Source: Alphaproteobacteria bacterium
Lineage (GTDB): Bacteria; Pseudomonadota; Alphaproteobacteria; Bin95
DNA: 64,000 bases
Assembly: GCA_963665325.3 (NCBI GenBank)
Contig: CAXXWS020000003.1
Location: 800,001-864,000 of the forward strand
Direction: 5' to 3'
In this document: piece after piece, positions 52,832 through 63,984 of the stretch
Layout: every line of letters begins with the position of its first letter
Position numbering within the stretch: position 1 is the stretch's first letter
The notes under the pieces: model-generated
What the model was told of the DNA's origin: nothing
The model's database searches: none
What the model saw: the letters and a program-made list of their open reading frames with translations, nothing else
Made by a program: the position numbers and the translations under genes

Positions 52832-53137
52832 TCAGCCCGCGAAGCGCCGCATGCAGCTCGGCGGCGCGGCCTTCAGGCCGAGCACGAAGCCCGGCAGGAA
52901 CCAGTAGAGCGCGTGCAGGGCGACGTTCGCCCCGCCGCCGCGCTTGGCGCGGCGCAGCGCCAGCCAGCCGAGAACGCCCGCGACCAGGCCCGGAACGAAC
53001 TGGTTGGCGGCCAGGCCCAGCACCGCCGGGCCCATCAGCGCCGCCGCTTCGTCCAGGGTCCAGAACAGCCAGCGCTCCGGATCGTCGAGGCGGCGGGGAA
53101 TCGCCCAGTGTCCCGAGGGGCGGGTGAGATCGCTCAT
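52832..53137 (-). CDS. traL: TraL
   Basis: IPRRLDDPERWLFWTLDE, YWFLP. Confidence 0.92.
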   Translation of the reverse strand: MSDLTRPSGHWAIPRRLDDPERWLFWTLDEAAALMGPAVLGLAANQFVPGLVAGVLGWLALRRAKRGGGANVALHALYWFLPGFVLGLKAAPPSCMRRFAG

Positions 53138-53143
53138 CGCCGC

Positions 53144-53503
53144 TCACACGATCGCCGTGCCGACGAGGCCGGTGACGATGCCGGTGCCGGCGCCCGCCGC
53201 CACCCCGACGCCGACCGCGCCGAGCAGCTGCATCGCGTTGAAGCGCAGGACCGAGCCGACCAGCGCCGCGCCGACGGCGAGCGCCGCGGCGAGCTGGCCG
53301 CCGGTGCCCGAGACCATGCCGGTCACCGTGCCGAGCGGACCGGCGAAGGTCGTGTCCGAGGCCGCCCAGGCGGCGCCGGCGCCGGCAAGCAGGGCGGCGG
53401 ACGCCGCCGCGGCGGACAGGATGGCGGGAAGGGCGGGACGGGCCGCACGAAACGCGCGGCCGGCCTCGATGCGGCCGGAACCGGAACCGGCGCGCCGGGT
53501 CAT
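53144..53503 (-). CDS. traA: conjugative pilin TraA
   Basis: Long leader plus two hydrophobic helices; first gene before traL. Confidence 0.75.
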   Translation of the reverse strand: MTRRAGSGSGRIEAGRAFRAARPALPAILSAAAASAALLAGAGAAWAASDTTFAGPLGTVTGMVSGTGGQLAAALAVGAALVGSVLRFNAMQLLGAVGVGVAAGAGTGIVTGLVGTAIV

Positions 53504-54240
53504 TCCGGCCTCCGGGACGGGGGACCGCCCCGGTCCGGCCGGCCGCCCCGGTCCGGGGGAGTCTGCCGGTTCGCCGAGCCGTCGTCCGAGGTCGAACGCC
53601 GGCGCCGCGCCGCCGCCCAGGCCTCGACAACGGGGCGCCAGTAGCGCACCCGGCTGCCGAACTTGTTGAACTCCGGACCCTTGCCGGTCACCCGGTAGCG
53701 GTCGAGCGTGCGGTGCGAGAGACCGAGAAAGGCCGCCGCCTCGCGGGTGCTCATGTATTCGTTGCCGTCGTCGCTCATGGCGTCGTCTCCTTCGCTACAG
53801 CCGTCGGCAACGGGGCAATGCCCCGCCGCCGCCACTTCCGCGACCCGGGCGCGGATGCGCCGGGCCTCCTCCGCGCTCGCCTGCGCCGCCATCCAGGCCC
53901 GCGCCCCGTCGACCGTCGAAAGGCGCAGCGACGCGCCCCTGAGCACGCGGACCGCCAGCGACCGGCTGCCGGTCACCGCCAGGCCGAACTCCGAGCGCTT
54001 GACGCCGGTGATCTCCAGGAACGCCGCGACCTCGCACCGGAACGCCGGGCCCATCGGCGCCAGGCCCATGAAGACCAGCAGCCGGTCGGCCGTGGCCAGC
54101 CCGGGCGTCCGCCCGTCATCCAGCCCGCCGAGGAAGGACGGGTCCTTCATCGCCGCCTGGCCGAAGGCGCTGCGGCTCATGCCGCGGGCCCGCATGAAGG
54201 CGTCGATGGCGTGGCGGAGGATGGTTTCGGAAGACTTCAT
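53500..54240 (-). CDS. tandem Cro-like HTH domains fused to an AlpA/excisionase-type HTH
   Basis: Two similar units (FM..RGMSRSAFG..A.KDPSF / FLE.TGVKRSEFG.AV); C-terminal YMSTREAAAFLGLSHRTLDRYRVTGKGPEF.KFG.RVRY. Confidence 0.85.
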   Translation of the reverse strand: MKSSETILRHAIDAFMRARGMSRSAFGQAAMKDPSFLGGLDDGRTPGLATADRLLVFMGLAPMGPAFRCEVAAFLEITGVKRSEFGLAVTGSRSLAVRVLRGASLRLSTVDGARAWMAAQASAEEARRIRARVAEVAAAGHCPVADGCSEGDDAMSDDGNEYMSTREAAAFLGLSHRTLDRYRVTGKGPEFNKFGSRVRYWRPVVEAWAAARRRRSTSDDGSANRQTPPDRGGRPDRGGPPSRRPE

Positions 54241-54330
54241 GGGCCGGAACGTAGAAAGAACATTCGGCCCTTGCAATGGCTTTTGGTATTCAATACACTA
54301 CATCAAACGACAGACCTGCGAGGTGCTGCG
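54241..54330. promoter_or_regulatory. divergent promoters sharing a palindromic -35, with an alphaproteobacterial LexA box
   Basis: TTGCAA 54271-54276; + strand N17-TACACT (54294); - strand N17-TACGTT (54253-54248); GAAC-N7-GAAC 54247-54261; GTATT-C-AATAC 54286-54296. Confidence 0.8.
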
Positions 54331-55023
54331 ATGACAAGCGACCCGGTACGACAGAAAATCAGGGACCTGCTCTGGCGGAAGGGCGTCACCATGCGCGAGG
54401 CCTCCACCGCCATCGGCCGCGGCCCCAGCTACATGCACCAGTTCCTCGAACGCCGCACCCCCGCGGTGCTCAACTACGCCGACAGCGGCAGGCTCGCCGA
54501 ACTGCTCGACTGCGAGGCCGGCGAGCTGCGCCACGACGAGGCGCCGAAGCGCCGGCGGCAGAACCGCCGCCGCCGCCACGCCCCGGCGGCGGTCCCCGGC
54601 GAACCGGTCGCGCCGGTCGCCGAGATGGCGGTCGATATCGCCGCGGGGCCCGGCGCCGTCGCCGAGGACTACACCGAGGAGGCGGCGCGCTGGTACATCC
54701 CCGAGAACATGATCCGCCACGAGGCGGGCGCCGACCCCGCCGGCCTGCGCATCCTGCGCGTGCGCGGGAATTCCATGGAGCCCGAGATGCGCGACGGCGA
54801 CCGCATCGTCGTCGATATCGCCCGGCGCCTCCCCGCCACCGGCGAGATGTTCGTGCTCTGGGACGGCGGCGGGCTGGTGGTCAAGCGCGTCGAGCTCGTG
54901 CCCCACGGCGAGCCGCCGCAACTCAGGCTCCACTCCGCCAACCCGGAATACGAAGCCTATACCTGCCTCGCCGAAGAGGCCCATGTGGTCGGCAGGGTGG
55001 TCTGGACCGTCAGCCGAGTCTGA
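54331..55023 (+). CDS. CI-like repressor (HTH + S24 autopeptidase)
   Basis: N-terminal HTH; AAG cleavage site, GNSMEP catalytic Ser, VVKR catalytic Lys. Confidence 0.92.
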   Translation: MTSDPVRQKIRDLLWRKGVTMREASTAIGRGPSYMHQFLERRTPAVLNYADSGRLAELLDCEAGELRHDEAPKRRRQNRRRRHAPAAVPGEPVAPVAEMAVDIAAGPGAVAEDYTEEAARWYIPENMIRHEAGADPAGLRILRVRGNSMEPEMRDGDRIVVDIARRLPATGEMFVLWDGGGLVVKRVELVPHGEPPQLRLHSANPEYEAYTCLAEEAHVVGRVVWTVSRV

Positions 55024-55222
55024 GCGGGCCGCCAGCGGAACGTGGAATAGACGAGTTTTCCACGGAATCCGTCGTATCGCCGACCAGCTTTGCCGATGTG
55101 AATGACTTGATCGTCGGTGTCGTCACATTTGCCGGTCCCCGGGCGGCGTCATCCTTTCCCGCGCCGTACAAGAAGAGCTCGCGTTTCGCTCAGCATCGAA
55201 TGTTGTCGGCATGCATTGCTAA

Positions 55223-57292
55223 CCCAAGTTTAACGTTTTGGTGGCCGATTTTGTCGAGGTTGGCCGGCGCGGTGTCATCAAGCCATTGATATTGCTGGAT
55301 TGAGGTTTCCGGGGGCGCAATGTAGTGCCATAATATTTTCACTTGGGGATTTCGAGACCTTGCGCCCGCTCCTATGCTGTGCGCCATGTTCATTCGCCGC
55401 ACCAGGACCGGAACCGGCGAGCGCGGCGAGGTCTATTATTCCCATCGCCTTGTTCGCTCGGAGCGCGACGGCGGGAAGATCCGCCAGCGCACCCTGCTCA
55501 ACCTGGGGAGCGACTTCCCTGTCGAGCGGCGGCACTGGGCGGTGCTGTGCAGCCGGATCCAGCAGCAGCTCGACCGCCAGGCCGAGCTGGTTTCGCTGTC
55601 CTGTCCGGAGGAGGTCGAGCGGCACGCCCAGCGCATCGCCGCGCAATTGCTCAACAGCGCGCCGTCCGGCGGGACCGGGCGCCCTGACCTGCAGACGGTG
55701 GATGTCGGCTCCCTGGAGCTGATCCGCCCGCGTTCGGTCGGCGTCGAGCATGTCGGGCTGTGGGCCATGGAGCGGCTCGGCCTGGAGGCTTTGCTGGAGC
55801 GCCTGGGCTTCAACGGCACGCAGCGCGCGCTCGCCATGGCCACCGTGATCGCGCGCATGGCGGCGCCGGGCTCGGAGCGCGCCTCCTGGCGCTGGCTGTG
55901 CGAGCGTTCGGCGCTCGGCGAGTTGCTGGGGGTGGACTTCGAGCGCATGAGCATGATGCGCCTGTACCGCGCCTCCGACGCCCTGATGGCGCAGCGCGCG
56001 GCGATCGAGGCGCATCTGTTCGATCGGGCGACGGATCTGTTCGGCCTGCGCCACACGGTGACGCTGTACGACCTGACCAACACCTTCTTCGAGGGCGCGG
56101 CGGCGGCCCAGGCCAAGGCCGAACGCGGCCATTCCAAGGAGAAGCGCTCGGATTGCCCGCTCTTGACCCTGGGGCTGGTGCTCGACGGCTCGGGCTTCGT
56201 GCGCCGCTCCGAGGTGTTCTCGGGCGCGGTCAACGAAGACAGGACCCTGGCGTCGATGCTCGGCGCCCTGGGCGCGCCGGCGGACGCGCTGGTGGTGATG
56301 GATGCGGGGATCGCCACCGAGGCCAACATCGCCTGGCTGCGCGCGAACGGCTACCGCTATCTCGCGGTCAGCCGGGAACGCACCCGCCGCTTCGATCCCG
56401 AGCTGGCGCTGGCCATCGAGACCCGGTCGCGCCAGACGGTCCATGTCCACAAGGCGGTCGACGCCGAAGCTGGAGAGGCGCGGCTCTACTGCTACTCCGA
56501 GGCGCGGGCGAAGAAGGAACAGGGCATCGCAAACCGCTTCGCCGCGCGCTTCGAGGGCGAGATGCAGAAGCTCCACGACGGCCTCAAGCGGCCGCGCACC
56601 CGCAAGCGGCTCGACCATGTCTGGCAGCGGATCGGCCGGATCAGGGAGAAGAGCCGCGGCGCCGCGGCCCACTACGACATCGACGTCATCGCCGACGAAA
56701 GCGGCGAGAAGGCCCGGGCCGTCACATGGGAGCGCCGCCCGCTCGCCGGCACCATGGCCACCCATCCCGGCGTTTACTGCCTGCGCACCAACGTCGAGGA
56801 CTGGGACGAGGAGGCGCTGTGGCGGACCTATACCTCGCTCACCGATGTGGAGGCGGTGTTCCGATCGCTCAAGTCGGAACTCGGCCTGCGCCCCATCTTC
56901 CACCAGACCCAGAGGCGCTCCGACGGCCACCTGTTCATCACCGTGATCGCCTACCAGATGGTGCAGACCATCCGCCGGCGCCTCGCCGAGCACGGCGAAC
57001 ACGCCAGCTGGGCCAGCCTGCGAGCCATCCTCGAAGGCCAGCAGCGGGTCACCGCGACCTTCAGGCGCAAGGACGGACGCACCTTGCATGTCCGCAAGGC
57101 CACACGGGCCGAGCCCGAACAGCAAGAAATCTATCGCGCGCTCGGCATCGACCCCGCCCCTGGAGGCATCAGGAAAATGATCGTCTGATCCCGAACCGGG
57201 CGAAATAACCGAAATGTAGTGCCAGACGCGAAATTATTGCTCCGTAAGGCATTGATAATCAATGATCTTCAAAATGCTCTGTTAAACTTGGG
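55223..57292 (+). mobile_element. IS1634-family insertion sequence
   Basis: 12-bp terminal IRs CCCAAGTTTAAC / GTTAAACTTGGG; CTAA duplicated at 55219-55222 and 57293-57296. Confidence 0.92.
55387..57188 (+). CDS. IS1634-family DDE transposase
   Basis: YDLTNTFFEG, GHSKEKRSD, VVMDAGI, VEAVFRSLKSELGLRPIFH. Confidence 0.93.
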
Positions 57293-57563
57293 CTAAGTGA
57301 TGAGGGCCCTGATCGCCGACGATCTGTCACATGTTGAGCAGGTGCTTGTCGTGGACAAGCTGGCCGGGTCGATATCCGACCGGAGCGATCGAGCGGGCAG
57401 CTGGTTCATCCCCCCTCGACGGAGGATCCGAGCGTTAGGTGGGACCGTCGCCACGACGATTGCATGGAGAGAGTTGGCATCGTCCGCCAACAACTGATAA
57501 TAACGAGCGTCAAGATAGGCAGCCTCACAGGTTTGCCCGTCGAGCGGTGAGGGTGAACGCTCC

Positions 57564-57773
57564 ATGGAGAAGGAACCGGGCGATGTCCTGACGATCGAAG
57601 AATTGTCCGATTATCTGAGGATATCGCGCTCGACCCTCTACAAGCTGGCGCAGGAAGGCAGGGTTCCGTGCCAGAAGGTTGGGCGGCACTGGCGGTTCCG
57701 GAAGGAGGCGATCGACCGCTGGCTGGGGCAGGGCGGCGCGAACGATATGGCAGACGTGGGAGATGGCGCGTGA
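57564..57773 (+). CDS. excisionase-family (HTH_17) DNA-binding protein leading the BREX operon
   Basis: VLTIEELSDYLRISRSTLYKLAQEGRVP..KVGRHWRF. Confidence 0.9.
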   Translation: MEKEPGDVLTIEELSDYLRISRSTLYKLAQEGRVPCQKVGRHWRFRKEAIDRWLGQGGANDMADVGDGA

Positions 57774-58246
57774 CGCACAGTCTCTCCGAGGCAGTGAACG
57801 AAAAAATTGAACATGCACGGAGGCTCTACCACCGCCTCGTCCTGCTCGTTGGCGAGCAGGGCGCGGGCAAGACTGGCGCCTTGAAGGAAGTCGCCGAGTG
57901 CACTGGCGCTACCCTCGTCAACGTGAATCTGGAACTCTCGCGTCGATTGCTCGATCTGGCCGAGCGGCAGCGCTCGCGTCATGTACAACATCTTCTTGAG
58001 GAGATCGCTGCCGGGACGGGAAGCGCTGTCGTCTTGCTCGACAATATTGAGCTTCTCTTCGAAGATTCGCTCCGTCAGGATCCGCTTCGACTATTGCAGC
58101 ATCTCTCGCGGCGCAGGACCGTGGTCGCGGCCTGGAACGGGTCCATTGAGGATGGCTCCATCCGATACTCCGAGCCAGGGCATCCCGAGTACCGGCACTA
58201 CCCGATGGAAGGCATTCTCACCGTGAGTGCGGAGGCGGTGACGTAA
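57770..58246 (+). CDS. brxF: BREX-3 P-loop protein BrxF
   Basis: [52 protein letters not shown]. Confidence 0.9.
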   Translation: MTHSLSEAVNEKIEHARRLYHRLVLLVGEQGAGKTGALKEVAECTGATLVNVNLELSRRLLDLAERQRSRHVQHLLEEIAAGTGSAVVLLDNIELLFEDSLRQDPLRLLQHLSRRRTVVAAWNGSIEDGSIRYSEPGHPEYRHYPMEGILTVSAEAVT

Positions 58247-61200
58247 TGAAATACGAAGACCTGATCCGGTTCGATCCGATCGAGACTGTCGTACAGCTCC
58301 GCGATGCGGACGACACGACGGCAGCGCGCCATCTCGTCAATAGCTATGTCATTTCCGACGACATGGCCGATAAGCTGTCGGCCTTGGTGTTTCCCCAACT
58401 CCAGTACGACAAGCCCGCCGACAACAAGGGAATTTTGATCGTCGGCAACTACGGTACCGGCAAGTCGCACCTGATGTCGCTCATTTCGGGAATTGCCGAG
58501 CACGCCGGGTTGTCGTCAGAACTCTCCAACCCGAGGGCCGCGAAAGAAGCGAACGTGGTGGCCGGCAGGTTCAAGGTCGTCCGGACCGAGATCGGCGCCA
58601 CCACGATGTCCCTGCGCGACATCGTCCTTGGCGAACTGGAGGAGCGCCTGGACGCGCTCGGAGTGTCCTTCACCTTTCCGAGTGCCGCCGAGGTCTCCGG
58701 CAGCAAGCGCGCCTTCGAGGAGATGATGGCGGCTTTCCACGACGCCTACCCCGATCACGGGCTGCTGCTGGTCGTGGACGAGCTTCTGGACTACCTGCGC
58801 TCGCGCAAGGATCAGGAACTGATCCTGGACCTCAACTTCCTGCGCGAGATCGGGGAAGTTTGCAAGGACCTTCGGTTCCGTTTCATCGCCGGCGTGCAGG
58901 AGGCAATATTCGACAGCCCCCGCTTCGCCTTCGTCGCCGACAGCATCCGTCGCGTGAAGGACCGCTTCGAGCAAGTTCTCATCGCCCGGCGGGACGTGAA
59001 GTTCGTCGTGGCACAACGCCTGCTCCGGAAGACCGGCGAGCAACAGGTTCGCATCAGGAAATACCTGACGCCGTTCGCCCGCTTCTATGGGCACATGAAT
59101 GAGCGAATGGACGAATATGTGGACCTGTTCCCGGTTCATCCCGACTACATCGACACGTTCGAGCGGGTGACGGTGGTCGAGAAGCGCGAGATTCTCCGAA
59201 CCCTGTCTCTGGCAATGAAGGATCTGCTCGGGCGAGAGCTTCCGACGGATTACCCCGGCCTGATCGCTTATGACGGCTACTGGTCCACGTTGCGAACGGA
59301 CCCGTCCTTCCGGGTCGTTGCCGACATCAAGGCCGTTATCGATTGCAGCCAGGTGCTGGAGTCCCGGATCGATCAGGCGTTTACCAGGCCCGCCTACAAG
59401 CCCATGGCGATGCGCGTCATTCATGCATTGTCGGTGCACCGGTTGACGACCGGCGACATTCACGCCCCCCTCGGCGCCACCGCCGAGGAACTGAGGGATG
59501 GGCTGTGCCTGTACCAGCCGGGAATCGAAGATCTCGGAGGAGACCCGGCCGACGATCTCCTGTCGCAGGTCGAAACGGTTCTCCGGGAGATCCACAAGAC
59601 GGTCAGCGGTCAGTTCATTTCGTCGAACCCGGACAACCGTCAGTACTACCTCGATCTCAAGAAAATCGACGATTTCGACGCCTTGATCGAAAAGCGGGCC
59701 GAAAGCCTCGATGCGACACGGCTGGACCGCTACTACTATGACGCCCTGCGGCGGGTGATGGAGTGCACCGACCAGACCTACGTCACCGGCTACCGTATCT
59801 GGGAACACGAACTCGAATGGCGGGCGCGTAAGGCGGCGCGCCGGGGATATTTGTTCTTCGGTGCGCCGAACGAGCGGTCGACCGCGGCGCCTCCGCGCGA
59901 TTTCTACCTGTATTTCATCCAGCCACACGAGCCGCCGCGTTTCCAGGACGAGAAGGCATCTGACGAAGTCTTCTTCCATCTGACCGGCGGGGACGATCGG
60001 TTGCGGAATGTCCTGCGCGGCTATGCGGCGTCCGTCGACCTGGCATCGACCTCGTCCGGCCATGCCAAGGCCACTTACGACTCGAAGGCGTCGGGTTTCC
60101 TCCGCGATTTGGTCAACTGGCTTCAAGAACACATGGGCTCGGCGTTCGAGGTCGGCTACCATGGCCGCCGCAAGGCGTTGCTGGAATGGGCCAAGGGGCA
60201 TTCCCTTCGCGAGCTCTCGGGGACCTCTCCCGCCGAACGCATCAACTTCCGGGACCTGATCAACGCGGTTGCCGGCATTTGCCTGGAAGCGCATTTCGCC
60301 GACCAGGCACCGGACTATCCGAGCTTCTCCGTACTGATCACGTCATTCAACCGTGCTCAGGCAGCTCAGGATGCGTTGCGGTGGATCGCCGGCGCCACCA
60401 GGACGAGACAGGCCACCGCGATCCTCGATGCGCTCGATCTTCTCGACGGCGACAAGCTCGATCCTTATCGGTCGAGATATGCGAACGACATCCTCGATCA
60501 AGTGCGCAAGAAGGGCCACGGCCAGGTCGTTAACCGGCCCGAACTGATCCAGGAACTGCTCGGTGTCGAGTATTTCGCTCCGCAAACTCTGCGCCTGGAG
60601 CCCGAATGGACCGTGGTTCTGTTCGCGGCGTTGGTTCATTCCGGCGATCTCGTGCTCGCGGTGCCCGGCCGGAAATTCGATGCCACAGACCTGACCGCTC
60701 TCGCCGCCCTGCCGCTCGACGAGCTTGTCCGCTTCAAGCATATCGAGCGGCCCAAGGAATGGAATCTCCCCGCTCTCAAGGCGCTGTTCCACCTACTCGG
60801 CCTCACTCCGGGCATGGCGACCCTTGTTACCCAAGGCGAGGAGGGTCCGGTTCAGGAGCTTCAGAAGGCCGTCGGCCGAACCGTGGAAAGACTCCTCATC
60901 GCCCAACGGGCCGTCCAGGGCGGGATTCCGTTCTGGGGCAGGAGCTTGATCGAAGAGGAGGAAGCCAAGCACCTGAGCACAACTCTGGAACGGACCAAGT
61001 CCTTCCTCGAATCTCTCCAAGCCTACACCTCGCCGGGCCGTCTAAAGAATTTCCGCCCCGATGCAGCGGAGGTAAATGCCCATGCGAACGGGCTGGAATC
61101 TCTCACAGAGGTGGAAACTTTCCAGGGGATGGCTTCGGAGCTGGGTCCCGCGGCTGCCTATCTCACAGCCGCGGAAGCGGCGCTTCCCCCGTCCCACGAA

Positions 61201-61974
61201 TGGGTTGGGCAAATGAAGGAGACCCGTAACGAGGTACTGGCGGAAATCGTGCGCGCGTCCGGGCGGGATGCGCCGACGCTCCGACGTCGGTCTCTACGCA
61301 CGCTGAACGACCTGAAGCAAGCCTTCGTCGGGGTCTATCTCGATCTCCACGCCAGGGCGCGGCTCGGAGTGAACGACGACAGGAGGAAAACCGCGCTGAT
61401 GCGCGACGGGCGGCTGGCGCGAATCCAGGCGCTCTCGGCCATCGACCTCATGCCGGTCCGGCATCTGACGGACTTGCAGGAGCGCCTTGGCGCGCTGAAC
61501 AGTTGCTCCGCTCTTACCAAGGGGGAGATGGAAGTTGCTCCGGTCTGCCCGCACTGCGGGTTCAGGCCTGCCCTGGAGACAATCGCGGTCGTTGCCGGAA
61601 AGACTCTCGAGCACCTGGACGAGAAGATCGACAGGTTGCTCGCCGACTGGACGCGGACATTGCTCGCCAACCTGGACGATTCAGCGGTTCGCGAGAATCT
61701 GTCGCTGCTGGAGCCGGTGCAACGGAAGCGGGTCGACTCCTTTGTGAAGACAGGAGAACTCCCCGATCCACTGGAGCCCGAATTCATCGAGGCCCTCCGG
61801 GAGGTCCTGTCCGGTCTGGTCAAAGTTGTGGTGAAGACCGAGGACCTGAGGGCCGCGCTCCTCTCCGGCGGTTCCCCCGCGCGCCCCGACGAGATGAAGA
61901 GGCGTTTCGAGGGACACCTGGATGGCCTCACGAAGGGGCAGGAGTTGGCCAGAGTCCGGGTGGTGCTGGAGTAG
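58246..61974 (+). CDS. brxC: BREX-3 ATPase (DUF6079, BrxC-like)
   Basis: [39 protein letters not shown]-terminal CPHC. Confidence 0.88.
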   Translation: MKYEDLIRFDPIETVVQLRDADDTTAARHLVNSYVISDDMADKLSALVFPQLQYDKPADNKGILIVGNYGTGKSHLMSLISGIAEHAGLSSELSNPRAAKEANVVAGRFKVVRTEIGATTMSLRDIVLGELEERLDALGVSFTFPSAAEVSGSKRAFEEMMAAFHDAYPDHGLLLVVDELLDYLRSRKDQELILDLNFLREIGEVCKDLRFRFIAGVQEAIFDSPRFAFVADSIRRVKDRFEQVLIARRDVKFVVAQRLLRKTGEQQVRIRKYLTPFARFYGHMNERMDEYVDLFPVHPDYIDTFERVTVVEKREILRTLSLAMKDLLGRELPTDYPGLIAYDGYWSTLRTDPSFRVVADIKAVIDCSQVLESRIDQAFTRPAYKPMAMRVIHALSVHRLTTGDIHAPLGATAEELRDGLCLYQPGIEDLGGDPADDLLSQVETVLREIHKTVSGQFISSNPDNRQYYLDLKKIDDFDALIEKRAESLDATRLDRYYYDALRRVMECTDQTYVTGYRIWEHELEWRARKAARRGYLFFGAPNERSTAAPPRDFYLYFIQPHEPPRFQDEKASDEVFFHLTGGDDRLRNVLRGYAASVDLASTSSGHAKATYDSKASGFLRDLVNWLQEHMGSAFEVGYHGRRKALLEWAKGHSLRELSGTSPAERINFRDLINAVAGICLEAHFADQAPDYPSFSVLITSFNRAQAAQDALRWIAGATRTRQATAILDALDLLDGDKLDPYRSRYANDILDQVRKKGHGQVVNRPELIQELLGVEYFAPQTLRLEPEWTVVLFAALVHSGDLVLAVPGRKFDATDLTALAALPLDELVRFKHIERPKEWNLPALKALFHLLGLTPGMATLVTQGEEGPVQELQKAVGRTVERLLIAQRAVQGGIPFWGRSLIEEEEAKHLSTTLERTKSFLESLQAYTSPGRLKNFRPDAAEVNAHANGLESLTEVETFQGMASELGPAAAYLTAAEAALPPSHEWVGQMKETRNEVLAEIVRASGRDAPTLRRRSLRTLNDLKQAFVGVYLDLHARARLGVNDDRRKTALMRDGRLARIQALSAIDLMPVRHLTDLQERLGALNSCSALTKGEMEVAPVCPHCGFRPALETIAVVAGKTLEHLDEKIDRLLADWTRTLLANLDDSAVRENLSLLEPVQRKRVDSFVKTGELPDPLEPEFIEALREVLSGLVKVVVKTEDLRAALLSGGSPARPDEMKRRFEGHLDGLTKGQELARVRVVLE

Positions 61975-61980
61975 GCGTCG

Positions 61981-63984
61981 ATGGAAAGAGAGGAATTGAT
62001 CGAACGCCTTAAGGGGTACGAATGGAACGACGTCGAGTTCAAGGAAGCGCGACGTGCTGTTCCGAAAAACGCCTACGAAACCGTTTCCGCGTTTTCCAAC
62101 ACCGGGGGCGGGTGGCTCGTGTTCGGCGTTCGGGACGGTGGCGGCGGTTTCGAGATCGTCGGAGTCCTGGAGGTCGACAAGGTCCAGAATGACTTCCTCG
62201 GCGCCTTGCGCTCCGGCCAGAAGCTCAACCGTGTCATCGCAGCGAACGAGCGGTTGATCGAGGAAGATGGCAAGGCGCTTCTCGTCTTCCATATCCCGGA
62301 GGCGCGCAGACAGGACAAGCCGGTTTACCTCAACAACGATATCCGACGGTCGTTCCTCCGCCGGGGGGCCGGCGACGAGCGATGCACGCAGGCCGAGATC
62401 GAACGTCTGCTGCGGGACGCGGCGGACGAGCGCTATGATGGGGAAGCCATAGACCTCGACCCCGAACGCTCCTTCGACGACGGATCGTTGCGCTGGTACC
62501 GCAAGCTGTTCGACGACCGGAACCCGGGCCAGGACGCCACCCTGTCGCACCTGGAGTTCCTCCATCATTGGGGGCTTGTCGTCGAAGTCGGCGGGAGGCT
62601 GTCGCCGACGCGCGCCGCGATCCTGCTGTTCGGCGCCGCGCCTGCATTCCGCCAGGTTCTGCCGCGTCCCGTCGTAGACTGGCAGTGGAGCCGCGGCGAC
62701 TGGTCGGAGGAACTGTCCGACGAACGCTGGGCCGACCGGCTGGTGATCGAAACCAACCTCGTGGAGACTTGGAAGACGCTCGTCGACCGCTATCTGCAGC
62801 GCGCCGAGAAGCCCTTCTCTGTCGACCCCGAGACCTTGCGGCGGGAAGACCGTCCGCCGGACTACATCGCCTTCCGGGAGGCTGCGATCAACCTGCTGAT
62901 GCACCAGGATTACGCGGATCACACCCGCAAGCCGGCAATTCGGATTTTCGACGACCGAACGATACTCTGGAATCCCGGCGATGCCTTCGCATCGGCCGAC
63001 GAGCTGCTCGATCCGGGCGAGAAAGAGGTCCGCAACCCCAGGATCGTCGCCGCTTTCCGCCGCATCGGTCTGAGCGAACAGGCCGGGACGGGCATCCGCG
63101 CCATAGTCGGAAACTGGCGACGACTCGGACGTGTGCCGCCGATTATCGACAATGATAGAGGGCGGAAAGCGTTTCAACTGATCCTGGTCAAGGAGGAACT
63201 CCTTTCCGAGGAACAGCTCCTGTTTCAGGCGAGCCTCGGGGTCCGCCTGGACGAGTCAGAAGCCAAGGCCTTCGCCTTCGCTTGCCGCGAAGGGAGGTTG
63301 CGTCCGCGCGACGTGCGCGCAGTCACGGGTCTGTCCGGTGCCGATGCACAGGCAGTACTGGAACGCTTGGCGGTCCAAAACCTCGTTTCCTCAATGGGAG
63401 GCGGCGAAACGTCGATCTTTGTCGTCGCAGAACATCTCAAGGGGCGACTCGGTCAGCTTGGCCGGGCCGGTGATCAGGTTGGCGCCGGATCGCCGGACTC
63501 GGCGACCGACCAAGTCCCGAAAAAGCAGGGCGGCTTGTCCACTGCACAAGCTGGTTCGGATTCGGAAGACTTGTCCACTGCACAACACGGGCTCCGACCG
63601 TCAACGACTTCGGGGTCCGGCATGCCGCTCCTGCCGGTCGCCGACCTGCGTATCGACGCCAGAACTGGAGCACCGGGCGTTGTAGCGAGGCCCGAAGCTG
63701 CCACGAAGCTTTCGGCGACTCAGGAGAAGATCGTCCGGTTTTGCGATACTCCCCGTCGGTTGGCTGAGATCATGGATGAGATCGGAGTGGCCAGCCGGGG
63801 CTATTTCAAGAAGCGTCACCTCGATCCCCTGTTGCAAGGCGGCGTGCTCCGCATGATCTATCCAGACCAAACCAACCACCCACACCAAGCCTATGTACTG
63901 ACCGAGGCTGGGATTGGGGTCAAGGCCCGCATCGTGAACCGGGATGCCGGGACGGAAAACAGGGATCGGACGAATGGCGAATAG
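61981..63984 (+). CDS. AlbA_2/Schlafen-like domain + HATPase-like (RecG C-terminal type) + winged-helix protein
   Basis: EWNDVEFKEA, SAFSNTGGG.L.FGV, REAAINLLMHQDY, NPG, RNPRI, EQAGTGI. Confidence 0.88.
   Translation: MEREELIERLKGYEWNDVEFKEARRAVPKNAYETVSAFSNTGGGWLVFGVRDGGGGFEIVGVLEVDKVQNDFLGALRSGQKLNRVIAANERLIEEDGKALLVFHIPEARRQDKPVYLNNDIRRSFLRRGAGDERCTQAEIERLLRDAADERYDGEAIDLDPERSFDDGSLRWYRKLFDDRNPGQDATLSHLEFLHHWGLVVEVGGRLSPTRAAILLFGAAPAFRQVLPRPVVDWQWSRGDWSEELSDERWADRLVIETNLVETWKTLVDRYLQRAEKPFSVDPETLRREDRPPDYIAFREAAINLLMHQDYADHTRKPAIRIFDDRTILWNPGDAFASADELLDPGEKEVRNPRIVAAFRRIGLSEQAGTGIRAIVGNWRRLGRVPPIIDNDRGRKAFQLILVKEELLSEEQLLFQASLGVRLDESEAKAFAFACREGRLRPRDVRAVTGLSGADAQAVLERLAVQNLVSSMGGGETSIFVVAEHLKGRLGQLGRAGDQVGAGSPDSATDQVPKKQGGLSTAQAGSDSEDLSTAQHGLRPSTTSGSGMPLLPVADLRIDARTGAPGVVARPEAATKLSATQEKIVRFCDTPRRLAEIMDEIGVASRGYFKKRHLDPLLQGGVLRMIYPDQTNHPHQAYVLTEAGIGVKARIVNRDAGTENRDRTNGE

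Noticed and set aside
55024-57563. A gene interrupted by the IS
   Set aside because: Joining the flanks at CTAA gave no recognisable continuous ORF in the frames I checked
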